A stretch of DNA of 64,000 nt, taken from the NCBI GenBank assembly GCA_937625935.1, contig OW569360.1:186001-250000 (forward strand), in the 5' to 3' direction. The DNA comes from Tetramitus jugosus. Its lineage: Eukaryota; Protista; Heterolobosea. The stretch's first letter is position 1. Every line of letters begins with the position of its first letter. Position numbers and translations under genes: made by a program. Below the pieces are notes generated by a model. That model was not told the DNA's origin, did no database searches, and worked only from the letters and a program-made list of their open reading frames with translations. Positions 39,704 through 52,915 of the stretch are shown piece by piece.

Positions 39704-40171
39704 AACATGATTAAAAAATATTTTTCCACTCCTTTATTGTAGTGGAGCGTTTATTGATTGAGTTCTTTTGTTGTAGAACATGACGCAAGGAACTTGATAA
39801 ATGAACTTCATGACGAACAATCGCCAATTCTCCCCTGCAAGGTTTCCAAGCGCAACACAAAAAATCAACCAAAGCACATCATCACTTTCATCTGGTGGTC
39901 ATTTCATTGTGTTTTCCTAGCTAAAAATAAACGGCAGATTCCACGAAAAAATTCAAGGCATCGACCCACAAAGCAAAAAAAAACAAATCACACCACAGCG
40001 ACAAGCAGTACAATCAAAACAGGAACAAGAACAACCAATAGAGTTCCCACTTTTTTTTTCTCTTTGCGCCCAACAACAGAAACACCAACCTACCAAAAAC
40101 AACACAATCATCACTCCTCCAAATATCTTTATTCATCCATTCTTAATTGAAAACCAATCGTATCTGAAAAA

Positions 40172-43052
40172 ATGAAGATGAAAATTCCAAACTTTGTCAA
40201 GAAACAACTTGACGGTATCGGTGATGAAGAAGTGCAAAAAAATATCAAGACCATTGAAGGTGTAATTGATGACATTTATAATGAAAAGGCCAGTGTGTAC
40301 AATTACAAAAATTTGTATGAGTATGTATCAAACACAACAAGACACATGAACAATCGCACATAAATCATGTGAAACACGAATACATTGATTCTACATTGAA
40401 CTGTGGATCACTGACACACACATTCTATTTTTTTTAATACACTCATCATACTCATAAATAGTGTGGCATACAAGTTGGTCACGAATCAAAAGGGAGAACT
40501 ATTGTACAATCATGTGAAAACAACGATTGAGAGTCACACAAAGGGTATCTCAATGAAGATTAATGAATCCACAGATGAAGCTTTTCTTCCAAGGTTGTTG
40601 GCCGTGTGGGAAAAGTATAGAAAATCAGCCACAATGATTCGAGATATTCTCTTGTTTTTGGTATGTGATACGTGATATGTGATGTGTGATCACACAGCAA
40701 CAAATTGTTGCTTTTTTTTTACTATTCACACAAGTGTGTTTGAGTGCATTCATTGTGAACTAATAGCCCCATTTCTCTCCTATCAAACAAAATACAATGG
40801 ATCAATCATGTATATATATATATGTATATTGGATGATATCATACACACGATCAAACATACAACAACGGACTACTACTACTATCTAAATATTATCCATCAT
40901 GATCATCTACCAACATCTCTATCCCGACATCCCTATCTACCAACATCTATTCTCTTTATCTCTCTAAAAACACAAAAAAAAACAGGATGAACAATTTGTA
41001 GAAAAGAATCAAGCAAGTCATCCACAGTACAATGTGCATCACACCAATGCCACTCACCACAATCCACACTTTCACTCGAGTCAACAGGACAAGAGACTGA
41101 TTGGCGTGTTCGAACAAGGCATATTCATCTTCAAGAATGAAGTGCTCATCAAACTGACTGAACGAGTCCAGAGACTCATGCTCGATATTATAAAGCGTGA
41201 GAGAGATGGCACAGAAATGTCAGACAAGTTCCTCTTGCGTAATTTGACACAAATGATGGTTGAGATTGACAAGGAGGAAGTCTATGTCAAGGTGTTTGAG
41301 AAAAAGTATTTGGAGGAGAGTCACGCGTACTATGCAAAGGAATCGTTGGAGATTTTTGAGTCAAACACTGCTGTTCTCTATTTGCAAAAGGTGCAGCACA
41401 GACTGAGAGAGGAAGTCGAGAGAGCAGAGAGGTGTCTCGATCCGGATACACGAGTCAAAATTGAACAGGTCATCAAGGATGAGATGATTGACAAGTACAA
41501 GGAGTTGGTTGTGAAAAAGGAAGGTTCCGGTGTGCTCGTCATGCTCGAAAACAAATCAGAGACTCAGTTGAGACTCGTGTACGATGTGTTGTCTCTGGTC
41601 GATAAGGCATTGCAGCCAACGATTGACATTCTCAGAGAGTATGTCACAAGACAGGGATTGACCATTGTGAGTGTTCAGGATGAAGGTTCTGCTGCCACTA
41701 CCACTGCTGCTGCCGCCGCTTCCTCTTCTGCTGCTGCCAATACCTCTGAAAAGGATTATATGGGCATGGTGAATGGAGTGATTGAATTGAGAGTGTTCTA
41801 TGATCGATTGTTGCTCACCAGTTTCTCCAAGGTTACTCGAGACAATCGTATGAGAGATATTGAGTTCTCCAAGGCAATCAAGGACGCATTCGATCGCATT
41901 GTCAACGAGAACAATCGATTCCCAGAATACCTATCATTGTTGTTGGACAAGAAGCTAAAGAAGGGTAAGAAACAGGTGGAGGATGATCAATTGGACACAT
42001 TCTTTGACAATGTCATCATGGTGTTCAGACACGTCAAGGAGAAGGATCTGTTTGAAAAGTATTACAAGGAACACTTGTCTCAACGTTTGTTGGAAGAGAG
42101 ATCAGCGTCCGATGATGCCGAAAAGCTCTTCTTGACCAAGTTGAAGGCAGAATTCGGTTATCAGTTCACATCCAAACTCGAAGGTATGTTCAAGGACATG
42201 AAAATCTCAAAGGAGTTGATGAGTGAGTGGAAACAGCACAGAGAAGGATTGACTGGCAATGAGAGAGCACCTATCGATCTCAGTGTTCAAGTATTGACTC
42301 ATGGTTATTGGCCAGTGACCAGTACGGCAAGGTGTGAACTCCCAGAGAAGGATCTGATCAAGTCAGCTGACGTGTTCACCAAGTTTTATCTTGGAAAACA
42401 CAATGGAAGAAAACTCACATGGCAATACAATATGGGTACTGCTGATATTGTGGCCAATGGTTATGCACAATCGTACACATTCACCGTGTCCACCTATCAG
42501 ATGGCCATATTGCTCTTGTTCAACGAGAATGAGAACTTGTCGCTCAATGTTGTCCACGAGTACACAAAGATTCCAATCTATGATCTGAAGAAGCACATTG
42601 TCCAAATGTGTAAGGCAGCTGATGAAGACTCCAAGAAGTCATCCAAGTTGCTCCTACCAAAGTCAGACGATTCAGGAGCTGATGGAGATGACAAGAAGAA
42701 GGCTGTTGTCACCAACACTACCATTTTCATTCCAAACACTGCTTTCAAGAGCAAGAAGATGAAGATGAACTTGAACCCTCCTGTTGGTGTTGAAGATGCT
42801 GCCAAGAAGAAGAGCACTGAAACTCAGATCGAAGAAGAGAGAAAGTGGGTTGTTGATGCTGTTATCGTCCGTATCATGAAGACGAGAAAGACTCTTATCC
42901 ATAGTGAACTGATATTGGAGGTCACGAAACAGTTGCAAAATCGTTTTATGCCTTCTCCAAATCTAGTGAAGAAGAGAATTGAAAATTTGATTGAGAGAGA
43001 ATATCTAGAAAGATCAGACGAAAATCGCAGCTTGTATAGATACTTGGCATAA
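40172..43052 (+). CDS. CUL3: Cullin-3-like scaffold, 3 exons: 40172-40320, 40462-40660, 40986-43052
   Basis: AYKLV..KGELLY, MIRDIL, KDLFEKYYKEHLSQRLL, FTSKLEGMFKD and the neddylation site VRIMKTRK; two GTATGT introns keep frame. Confidence 0.88.
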
Positions 43053-43159
43053 GCGCGATACACTATTCGGTCGAACTGCAACAGACCATCCACTCAAATT
43101 TTTGTAACATCCTGTAATACATCTAATAAATTTATTGTAAAACAAGCTTGTGTTCATGT

Positions 43160-44512
43160 TTATTGGGTCGAAAACTGAGTTGGTCTCTTCGGTACTTGGG
43201 TCTGAGATCTCTGCTTCTGTTCTGCAGCTGCCGCAAGCTTCCTTTGTCTCTCTTGTTCCATCATCCTTCGATAATTTGCAAGTTCTTCATCCTTTTGGGT
43301 TCGAATTGAATCAATCCCTGGCTCTCTGTACTCTGCTGATATCAAATCAAGAAGGTTACACTCTTTTTCTGTTGATCCTTCATAGCCAAATTGTTCCACG
43401 AAGAGAGAGTACCAACTTTCGATCATTGCTGCCTCGTTAAATGAAGTTAAGTTGGGTTCTATCAACTTTTTATAGTTTTCTTTCAAGTTGTTATCCATCG
43501 ATTTTGAACTCACGGTTGGCTTGCCAATTTCTGGAAAGCTGTCCTTCCCTGCCAATACTCTGATTGGCTTGAGTTTCTCTATACATTTCATTTGTTTCTC
43601 AGAACTTCCAAAGATGTATGCATTCATTAAGCTTCTAAAACTCCTGTCGAAAGTGTCGTTCGTTTTAAAACTTTCGATCGTATCACTGCTTGCGTCATTG
43701 GATATGTTGCCCATATAAATGAGTGAACTAGCAGTTTTGTGAGCGATGTATCTCAACCACTGATTCATCACAGCTAGTTGAGGAGGAGTTTTCATCTTAA
43801 ACATATCGTAGTGGGTAGCCACGATCACCATTTGGATACCACTTAATTCAATTTGCTTTAAATCTGGGTGTTTCTCACCAATTCTTTTTTGTTGCCGTGA
43901 CATCATCTTGTCTGGGAAGTCAGAACCTCTCTGCTTCAAAACTTTACAGCATGAATTTGCAAGTGAATTGATTTTGTTGATATAGAAGAGTGAATCAGAG
44001 AAACATTGTTGAGGATTGGATAGATCAACCACTACGACAACAACAAAGGAGTGGACGTTGTCCGGTGTTATCAAATCGTCCAACAAGTTCGTCAGAGTTC
44101 TTCCTCCAGCTAACTCCCAAAAGTTAGCAACAAAACTTCTGAAATTGTCTTCCTTCTTTCTAAATCGATACTCTAACCCGACAGTGGGCTCTGGTTCTTC
44201 TTTCCTGAAATCCTTTTGAATGATTCGATATATCAAAGAAGTCTTTCCTGATGCCTCAGGCCCAATTACGAGTACATTGGTTTCTGAGGGCTCTTTTGGA
44301 GCGACAGATAAAGTTCCATTAGTCTTCTTTTGATTTTCTTTGATGGAATCCCATATGGTAACAACTGATTGTTTGACAGTTGGAGGTTGTTGGGTAGGAT
44401 TCCTTGCCTGAACTGATGGATTACTCACATTCGAAGTGACCACACGGCGGGCAGCTGATCCAGGTCTTTTGATGACAGAAGCAGGAGGATTTTTCGAGTC
44501 TTGTTGTTCCAT
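43160..44512 (-). CDS. DYNC2LI1: Cytoplasmic dynein-2 (IFT dynein) light intermediate chain
   Basis: GPEASGKTSLI, EPTVGLEYRF, ANFWELAGG and VVDLSNP. Confidence 0.8.
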   Translation of the reverse strand: MEQQDSKNPPASVIKRPGSAARRVVTSNVSNPSVQARNPTQQPPTVKQSVVTIWDSIKENQKKTNGTLSVAPKEPSETNVLVIGPEASGKTSLIYRIIQKDFRKEEPEPTVGLEYRFRKKEDNFRSFVANFWELAGGRTLTNLLDDLITPDNVHSFVVVVVVDLSNPQQCFSDSLFYINKINSLANSCCKVLKQRGSDFPDKMMSRQQKRIGEKHPDLKQIELSGIQMVIVATHYDMFKMKTPPQLAVMNQWLRYIAHKTASSLIYMGNISNDASSDTIESFKTNDTFDRSFRSLMNAYIFGSSEKQMKCIEKLKPIRVLAGKDSFPEIGKPTVSSKSMDNNLKENYKKLIEPNLTSFNEAAMIESWYSLFVEQFGYEGSTEKECNLLDLISAEYREPGIDSIRTQKDEELANYRRMMEQERQRKLAAAAEQKQRSQTQVPKRPTQFSTQ

Positions 44513-44665
44513 GATATCTCTTGTTCTGTTCAAAGAGAAATGTTTTGTGGTCGCCGTAAATGGCAGATGGTCATTTTCTCCGAGACGTTCAAGAGAATAT
44601 TTGTGAAATTTATTGCGATTGTTGTAGTTGTTGGATCTGATATTTGCTCATACATATGTATTTGA

Positions 44666-45741
44666 TTATTGAACAGGGCAGTTGCTTGGATCCATGTTGC
44701 CCAAATCTGGCATACCAGGTATGTTTGGAAGTCCGCCTCCAACACCATTTGGATCCGCATTGGACAATGAGCTTACAATCTCCTCTGGTGGTTGACCATA
44801 GGACTGCATACCCTTCATGAGATCAATCAACTCTGATAGACACTCTGGGAATTTCTTGTGTTCATACAGAGCACAAATCTTTTTCGAGTATTCATACTGA
44901 TTCTGAATTCGTTCATACTCACTCTGTTCAATCTTGTCTCTGTTGGCTTCTAACCACTCTGGATACTTTTGTCTCAATTCTTCCATTGGTTTCTGCAGTA
45001 TATCAGGTGACATGAGCGTCTCCATAATCTTCTCCAAGAATCCCACCATCTTCTCCTCATCCTGCTCTTCGTTATTCTCCGATTGTCCGTCGTTGCCTCC
45101 CTTTTGGAACAAGTTTTGCATCAATTCCTCAAATGACTCATCGTTGAACATGTCTGGTAGACCATTGGCTTGTTGTTGTTGTTGTGAAGCATCACCCAAA
45201 TTCTCCATGTCTCTTGTGTTTTGTTTCAAATTTTGCATGGTTCGGCGCATGGTATCCTGGAAGGAAGATGGTGCACTACTGTTGCTGCTACTACTACTCT
45301 CTTGTGCATTCTGATTTGTTTCCAACTTTTTTAAAAAAACGCCCATCTCCTGTGCCAACTTTTCAATCGAGTTTGTCTCATCCAGGGACAACTTGTCAAA
45401 TATTTGATCAAAGTCGTCGAATGAATTGGGATCCATGGCTGCTGCTGTTGATGGTGATGATTCACTCGTATGGTGGTGATGTTGTTGATGTTGTTGTTGT
45501 TGTCTGTTCACATTGATCGTTGATGATGAATTGGTTTCATGCAACAATTGTTGTTGCAACTGTTGTCGGTGTCGTTGTTGTTGTTCCTCTTCTTCTTCTT
45601 CTTCTTCATCAAACTCATTCAATGCATCTTGAATTCAAAATGTGTCAGTTTAAATGATCTCACGAATCAGATTGATTGATTGAATGAATAAATGAAAACA
45701 CACATACTCTCTAAAATATCATCCAGTTCAAAATCGTCCAT
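44666..45741 (-). CDS. PEX19: Peroxin 19, 2 exons (intron 45707-45628)
   Basis: N-terminal ELDDILENALNEF; LMSPDILQKPMEEL..KYPEWL, MQSYGQPPEEI; CaaX box CPVQ. Confidence 0.92.
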
Positions 45742-45843
45742 TGTTCAATGAAGTTGTTCTTGTTGTTTGATTTTCTGATTTCTTTGGTTGTTGGAACAGA
45801 AAAAAAGGAGAATTGCTCACTTCCAAATTTCCGAGTTTTTTAT

Positions 45844-48800
45844 TTACAGATTGCTGTCCTGCAACTTCTGGAGCAGTGGTTCAACTGTGGTCAGTGTGAC
45901 CAAGGTTTCATAAGGGATGGAAGTATCTAAAGACAATATCTCTGCAGGGAGCACCTTGATTGACTGATTAATGGGTCTCACTCCATTGCTAGTCTTTCCT
46001 GGCAATGGGACTCCTTGAGCCCTGCGGCATCCCAGTACTTGAGCTTCGATCTGGTGACACAATTCGGTCGGTATTTGAAGTTGATTCAAAGAAACAACCA
46101 ATGAGTATGCAGAGATGTCAGATGACGAACTGAAACGAAGCACAACTTCTGTGTAAGTGCTCATCGTGATCACAGCCATCTTCTGTAAAAACTTTATGAC
46201 TGCACTGTTCTCATCCAATTCTTCCATCAAAATCTCAGTCATAACTACATGATCAAACGGTTGATACATATCTTGAGCAGAAAATATAGCACCAATAATC
46301 TCAGTAATGCTGGCAGATGAAAGACCCACGCTTGCAATTTGTTCCACTCTTCCTAAGAAGTGATCAGAAGTGAAGAATTGAAGAATAAAAACGACCACTG
46401 CAAGCCAATAAGGGATGTCCTTGTCATCAGCACAACCAATCACAGCAAGAAAAGATTTTTCAACCATGTGAAGTACCTTCTTCAATTGAAGTCCACGATC
46501 GATAGAGTCTTGCACCAAGTATAACATGATTTGAGCTACCGAAGTAGCATGAAGCTTCTTTCTGTCCACTTCGAACAATAGGAATACGATAAATCTCTCT
46601 ATTTGTGTTTGACGATCTCCATTAGATAATTGAGTAATAACTTCTTCCAATTGTTTCCATGTTGATGGTTGTTCACTCGATATGGTTTCATTTGAGAAGG
46701 AATCAACATCGCTGTTTCCAGAATCACAACTGTTTGAGGAAGAACTCTCCTCATCACTGCGACTCGTCTCTTGCTCCTTAGTATCTGTAGATTCGATGTT
46801 CATTGTTTGTTGTAGTCGTCTCAACTTTCTACACTTTCGTAAGTATCTGCTCTTCCATAGTGAGTCTGAAAAAGTTTGGCACTTTAACTGATTGCTGACA
46901 ACAGAGTATTCATGTTCTAACTCTTCCATTCTTGTCTGATAGTTCCTTAGTTCGGTCATTTGTACTGATTCCAAATCTCGAATCTTCTTCTCATGAGCAG
47001 ACGACATCTGGTCCCTCAGCTTTGATTCCGTAGCCATGGTGCGAGAATTCCAATGTTCGATATCCAGTTTTAAATTACAGTTATCTTCTTCCAGCTGGGA
47101 AATCAGTTTTTCCTTCTCATCGATAATGCTTTTATACGTTCGTTGCATCACGGAGAGTTCTTCAGATATCCGCTCAACTTTTTCATCCTCTGATTTTATA
47201 TCTTGTTGTTTTTGAGAGGATTGGACAAAAGGTTCCTTCCTTTCAGACTGAATGAGAGTAAGTTTTTCTCGATAGTTGATCAATTCTTTCTTCTTGTCTT
47301 CTAATTCATTCTTAATCTCTTCTTGGTCCTGTTTGGTGTGTTGAAGTTCTTTTTTCAAACTGTTATTCAAAATCTTGAGTGAACTCATCTCTGAAATAAG
47401 TTGATCTAGATTGATTTCCAATTGCTTCATATCTCCACTGTTTGTCTCCATATTTGTTTTGTACTCTCCTAATTGAAGTCTCAAAGATATTATTTGTTGC
47501 TCTTTTTCTTCAAGTGTGGATTGAAGTCCAGCTATCTCGTAATTCTTTTGTAAAATTAAGTCGTTGGTCGTGTCCCTCTCACCTCTCAAAGAGCTATTGT
47601 CTTGTTCCAAGGCTTGGATTCTTTCACTGAGACTCTTCACTTCATTTTTCGATTGTTCATAATTTGACTGAATCAGAGTGCACATGTCTTTCAGTTGGAG
47701 AACTTCAAGGCGAGTCTCTCCATATTGCCCCTCTAGCTCGCATAATTGATTATTAAGCAATTCCTCATAGAGATATCTGTTCAATCTGGATTCATATCCT
47801 GTTTGAGAGTATCGCTTTCTAGTCAACGCTTGGAGAATGAGAATAGGTTGATGAGAAAATGATTGAACTGTCGTCATTTGAAATGTTGATTGGACTATTG
47901 CTACTGTTTGGTGCATGTTCAAGTACTCTTTTCGAGAAACTTCGCATCTCAGTAGAGAGGAGAGTCGGACAGTATCATTCATCTCAATACCTCGCTTCAA
48001 GCAAAGAATAGAAGTACAGGAAGTTGCTATCATCTTATGAACCTCCATTGTCCTAATTTTGAATTTGTCAGATTCTGGAAGTTGAATTGTCTGACTTTGA
48101 ATCTGAATGACAGAAGCTGTGATCACATCTCTCCTACACTGCTCAAGTTGTTCAATTTGTCCTGATCTGAGAAATACTTTGCTGTTACCGACTTTGTATT
48201 GATGTGGCTCAATTGCCTTCTGTAGAATTAAGGAGCATGATTGCTTCTCCTCTCTATTTCTACACTCGACATCAACCAGCCAATACCGATCAAGGAAGTT
48301 ATTGAAAAGCAAGCGAGAAGGGTAACCTTCTACATAAATTCGAATGGCTTCCATGACGCCAGAGTACTTCAGTTGTTTCAGGATATAGTCAGTAGCGATA
48401 GATGAGGCTTTCTTTTGTTCGTTGGGCTTAACGCATCTAATATAATGTGGATCTGTCGCACTAATGTGATTCATCAAGTTGTTTAACGATATTTTGAACT
48501 GAGAAGACACACTATTGAACTTGAATGACTTCTTATTCTCTATATCACCACCTCGGGCAAATATTGCACTTACGAAAGAGAATTTAGACTTGCTAAGGAT
48601 GTCTACTTGATCTGTTACCAAGAAATCCTTATTCTTCTGAATGAATTTTGCAACTTGATATCTAACGGAATGAACATAATGATCAACTTCGAAAACTGTG
48701 TCATTGCCTTTTGGTTTCTTGAATTTTCTGTGGGAAGAGTGATGTTTTTCGAGCTTGGTTATCAATGAATTGGAATCAGCTTTTGCCAGGCTACTTTCTT

Positions 48801-50310
48801 CGTCTAATATCTTGACAATGCACAGAGGAAGTTGTTCAATGAGATCTAAGCAATCTTGGTTGTCATTGAATTGAATATCGGACCAATCGACACCTTCTCT
48901 CTGATATTCTTCCTTGGCCAGTTTGAAGAGGAAATGATAAAACTGTTGTTGAAGCTTTTCATTGGCCCAATTGATGCAGAATTGCTCAAAATCATTCGTA
49001 GTAAAATCCTCAAATCCATAGATATCCAAAACAGAGATCGAGAGAGAAGTGGTCGCTGCATCAGCTAAGTTTTCATTAATTCTGTTGACAGTCCATTCGA
49101 AAAGCCGGCCATACAGCATCATTGCAAGGGAGTCCCGACAACCCTCAGCCTGATCCGCTCTGAGTGGAACCGAAATTTTTTCGTTCCCTGTAGTAATGTT
49201 TCTACTTGTTAATGTTTTCTTCAGTTCTTCTTCTTCTATTCCCAATAGTTCACATACAATTGTCAGTGATTTGGTATCTACAATCTTACAATGATCATCG
49301 TCAATCTTCTGGAACATAATATTGCCCAAAAACAAAATAGCAAACAAGTACTTGAACATTGTATCCTGTTCATCTGAATCAATACCCATCGAAATCAGAG
49401 CCTTGCTTGTTTCGTTGAAATTTTTGGTATCCAGTTGAGAAACTTCTCCCTCCAAGTAGTTAAATGTACCCAGTTGCTGACCATTCAACAACTGTTGTTT
49501 CTTGTTCGATGACAGTCCTCCCATTAACTGATAGAAGATGTGAAAATTTCTCTCTCCCTTTGGTTGCTTAATGATGCGAGACTTCTCAAGTAGATAGGTA
49601 CTTATCTCACCTCCTTGTATGTTCAACTTGTCATCGAACTTGACTCGAATAAACTTTCCAAACCTAGAAGAATTGTCGTTACGCAATGTCCTCGCATTTC
49701 CAAATGCCTCAAGAATAGGAGTAGATTGAATAATTTTGTTTCGGATCGAGTTGGAGTTGGAGTCATTATTGTCATTCAAATGCTGAGAAACTTCAGCTAG
49801 ATATTGTAGAATGTACTTGGTCGTCTCAGTTTTGCCTGAACCACTTTCACCTGATACAAGTATTGATTGGCTTCGACGATCTCGTTTCAGAGAACGATAT
49901 GCTTGCTCAGCAATGGAAAACACATGAGGTGGAATATCACCCAGCTCTTCTTGCAAATGATACTGTTGGACACATTTATCGTTATAGAAATGATCAGGTA
50001 GAGTTTTGTAAGGGTTAATGGCGATCAGAACCGAGCCAGATAGAGTGTAGATGAAATCTTTTTGATATCTCTGGATAATAGTACAGAGCACTGCTGGTTC
50101 GTGAATATGAGGCAAGTGAGTGACATTGTAGGTCATGAGCAACTTGTCTGGATTCCTCAATTTCACTTCATTGCTCTTCACTTTCTTTACCGTCTTGTCA
50201 TCGAGGCACACCTCTATCGTATTCTCTCCCAGCATTTGAACCACGGTGGCATCGATCCACGATGTATTGCTATCTTGAACATGTACTAGAGCACCTACTT
50301 CAATCATCAT
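45844..50310 (-). CDS. Myosin heavy chain, class V/XI-like architecture
   Basis: GESGSGKTE, EAFGNARTLRNDNSSRFGK, DIYGFE and PHYIRCVKPN; degenerate IQs, coiled coil and globular tail. Confidence 0.9.
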   Translation of the reverse strand: MMIEVGALVHVQDSNTSWIDATVVQMLGENTIEVCLDDKTVKKVKSNEVKLRNPDKLLMTYNVTHLPHIHEPAVLCTIIQRYQKDFIYTLSGSVLIAINPYKTLPDHFYNDKCVQQYHLQEELGDIPPHVFSIAEQAYRSLKRDRRSQSILVSGESGSGKTETTKYILQYLAEVSQHLNDNNDSNSNSIRNKIIQSTPILEAFGNARTLRNDNSSRFGKFIRVKFDDKLNIQGGEISTYLLEKSRIIKQPKGERNFHIFYQLMGGLSSNKKQQLLNGQQLGTFNYLEGEVSQLDTKNFNETSKALISMGIDSDEQDTMFKYLFAILFLGNIMFQKIDDDHCKIVDTKSLTIVCELLGIEEEELKKTLTSRNITTGNEKISVPLRADQAEGCRDSLAMMLYGRLFEWTVNRINENLADAATTSLSISVLDIYGFEDFTTNDFEQFCINWANEKLQQQFYHFLFKLAKEEYQREGVDWSDIQFNDNQDCLDLIEQLPLCIVKILDEESSLAKADSNSLITKLEKHHSSHRKFKKPKGNDTVFEVDHYVHSVRYQVAKFIQKNKDFLVTDQVDILSKSKFSFVSAIFARGGDIENKKSFKFNSVSSQFKISLNNLMNHISATDPHYIRCVKPNEQKKASSIATDYILKQLKYSGVMEAIRIYVEGYPSRLLFNNFLDRYWLVDVECRNREEKQSCSLILQKAIEPHQYKVGNSKVFLRSGQIEQLEQCRRDVITASVIQIQSQTIQLPESDKFKIRTMEVHKMIATSCTSILCLKRGIEMNDTVRLSSLLRCEVSRKEYLNMHQTVAIVQSTFQMTTVQSFSHQPILILQALTRKRYSQTGYESRLNRYLYEELLNNQLCELEGQYGETRLEVLQLKDMCTLIQSNYEQSKNEVKSLSERIQALEQDNSSLRGERDTTNDLILQKNYEIAGLQSTLEEKEQQIISLRLQLGEYKTNMETNSGDMKQLEINLDQLISEMSSLKILNNSLKKELQHTKQDQEEIKNELEDKKKELINYREKLTLIQSERKEPFVQSSQKQQDIKSEDEKVERISEELSVMQRTYKSIIDEKEKLISQLEEDNCNLKLDIEHWNSRTMATESKLRDQMSSAHEKKIRDLESVQMTELRNYQTRMEELEHEYSVVSNQLKCQTFSDSLWKSRYLRKCRKLRRLQQTMNIESTDTKEQETSRSDEESSSSNSCDSGNSDVDSFSNETISSEQPSTWKQLEEVITQLSNGDRQTQIERFIVFLLFEVDRKKLHATSVAQIMLYLVQDSIDRGLQLKKVLHMVEKSFLAVIGCADDKDIPYWLAVVVFILQFFTSDHFLGRVEQIASVGLSSASITEIIGAIFSAQDMYQPFDHVVMTEILMEELDENSAVIKFLQKMAVITMSTYTEVVLRFSSSSDISAYSLVVSLNQLQIPTELCHQIEAQVLGCRRAQGVPLPGKTSNGVRPINQSIKVLPAEILSLDTSIPYETLVTLTTVEPLLQKLQDSNL

Positions 50311-50472
50311 TGTGTGTTTGTTGGGTTGCTGAAGCTTCTTGATGGACCGTCATTTTCTGTTGTGAAAATACAATAAAAATAGCAGGAAAGTCCTCACCAG
50401 AAAGTCCTTGCAATCTATTTTGCACGTTGTGTCCGTTGTATTAGAGATTTATACAAGGAGATTCGTTTATAT

Positions 50473-52670
50473 TTACAGTTTTCTCACAACGCATCGTGTG
50501 CCAAGGTGAGCGAGACACTCCAAGACCTCAAAGTTCACCTTTCCATAATGAAGCCACTGATGGTAGCCATCATGCTCACATTGATCACTCTCTCCATCTA
50601 TCAAATCATAAATAGATCCTGTCAGTAAAGACTCTCTGTTTCCTTCCGCTGCAATTTCAGTTGATGACATGATGAAATGTTTGTTCTTTGATCGTCTCTT
50701 TGATACTCCTTTCAGTTTTTCTTGCTGCAAAACTTGCTGTCTAGAATAGCCATTCATGTACACTTCGATTGAGTAAGCCACATCTTCATTACTTGCAAGA
50801 TCTAACTCATTCAACCTTCGTAAATGTATTAGAGAACTAACGTCAAATATCTTGTTATGGCACAGGCTCAACTCGTTCAGGAATTGAAATTTGAGACCGA
50901 TAGGTCGAATGGACTTGATCTGATTAAAGGACAATCTCAAACTGGACAAGCTGTTTGAACAAGAAAATAAATCAAATTGAGAAACACTCGCACAATCTAA
51001 TGCATTTCCGGAGAGGTCCAATTCCACAAGTTTGGAACAGCCAGAGAGAGGTTGTATGTTCGATATGTATCGATTGAAACTTAAATTGACATACTCTAAA
51101 CTATCACACTCACTTAAACCAGATATATCGTGTATATGATTGAAACTTAAGCTGATGGCACTGAGTTGCTTCAAATTTTTCAGAGAGGGAATAACTGTAA
51201 TAAAGTTACGACTAAGAAAGATCTCCTCTAGATTGACGCATGAACCCAGTGGAGAAAGGTCAGTGATTCGATGCCCGACGCACACCAGTCGTTTAAGTTG
51301 TTTAAACACTTCAACTCCAGCCAAAGAGTGCAACAAATTGAATTGTTTTCTTCCTACATGAATGGCAGTGAGACACTCTGATGAATCAGAGATCTTTGTT
51401 ACCAACTGATTACTCTCGATAATATCGTCACTATTGTTGTACTGATTCAACATTGAGAGAGTTGCTTCACTTAAAGTTGGCAGTATATCCAACACTTCTT
51501 CATCAATCAAATTAGACGACTGAGTTACAAATTGATCATTGACAAGGAACACTGATTCCTCATACTCACTAATATCTTGCTCCATTTGACGAATCTGAGC
51601 TTGAGACAGTTCTTGTTTGACTCTTCTTCTCTTCTGTTGTGCTGCTCTATTGTTTTCAGTCGTTTCATCCCGGTAACGCTTCTGTGATCGTCCTTTTCGT
51701 TCATCGGCTTCATCATCATCAATGAACACGAGGACTTCAGGTTCTTTGGCAGTTTTGGATTGAACGAGAGAATGGTCTTGTTGCTGTCTCAGTTTTTTGA
51801 TGTGCAACATGACGGAGCGATATCTTTTCAGCAAAGTGCTTCGCTTACCTATGGTAGAGTAACCCATGTTCCGTAGTGCTTGCTTAATCTGATCATTGGA
51901 CCACAAAGAAACATTCTCATCCACGAGTTCCCTTTCTTCTTCATCTTTCTCCATGGCAGCAACAGTGGATATAGCTTGTGAATTGGAATGATGATTGACA
52001 ACCATTTGGGTTTCTCCTCCAGCTGGTGATGTCACATCTTCTTCACTTTCATCCTGTGACTCTTCTTCTTGTGCTTGTAGCTGTTGCTGCTCGTGGCGTA
52101 GCAATCTATCAATCAGGACGCGTCTTTGACCCACCACAGAAACAGAAAATGTTAACTCCAATAAAAATAACAATTCATGAATTGACAAACTCGTGATCAC
52201 ACATACCTTGATCCAGTGAATGGTTGATTTCTTCTTTTCAACTCCCTCCTAATCTTCTCCACAGTCAATGTATTCAACACATGCTCATCCGACCAATCAA
52301 TGTGCTCCGCTGATCGCAGCTCATATTTTTTTGGTTCATCCTCTGAGGAAGCTGGCGGATCACTGTTTGGTTCTCCGACCGGTTCGGAGATTACTTGTGG
52401 AATTTTTGTGTTTGCTGTGGAAACTGAGCTCAGGATTTTCGTCGACGCGTCAGAATCATCAGCTATGTTGCTGTGTACAACGGCTTCCATCGTATCTGGT
52501 TCAATCTTTCTGATGCTTGCATGATGTAGTAATTCCCTGTGTCTCACGCGACGTCTTCGGTGAGGGGTTGTTGTATCATCCTTCCCTTGATGTTCATCAT
52601 CCATCATGAGGCCCTTCTCTTCAATTGCCTCAAAACGCGAAGAGCGTCTTGGTCTAACTTTTTCAGTCAT
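50473..52670 (-). CDS. SAP-domain plus SDS22-like LRR protein, 2 exons (intron 52206-52124)
   Basis: Splicing completes SAP1 (LTVEKIRRELKRRNQPFTGSRRVLIDRL); SAP2 (QIKQALRNMGYSTIGKRSTLLKR); LxxLxLxxN repeats. Confidence 0.78.
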
Positions 52671-52915
52671 TGTTGATAATGTTCGGTTGGTTCGTGCGCT
52701 TCAACTAATAAGCTTGTCAGAAAATACAAAGTCCGATGTCTCTGTCAAACCGTTTTTGTTTCCACAAATGTCGAGATCTTTTTTACCGGTAAACTTTGTT
52801 CGCAACGGAGTTTGCCGAGCTAAATTTTGCCCCTAATCTCCGATCCGAAGCGAGATCTCTTCAGACAAAAAAGACAAAACAACAAAACAACACCATACCA
52901 GAAGGAGCCACTAAC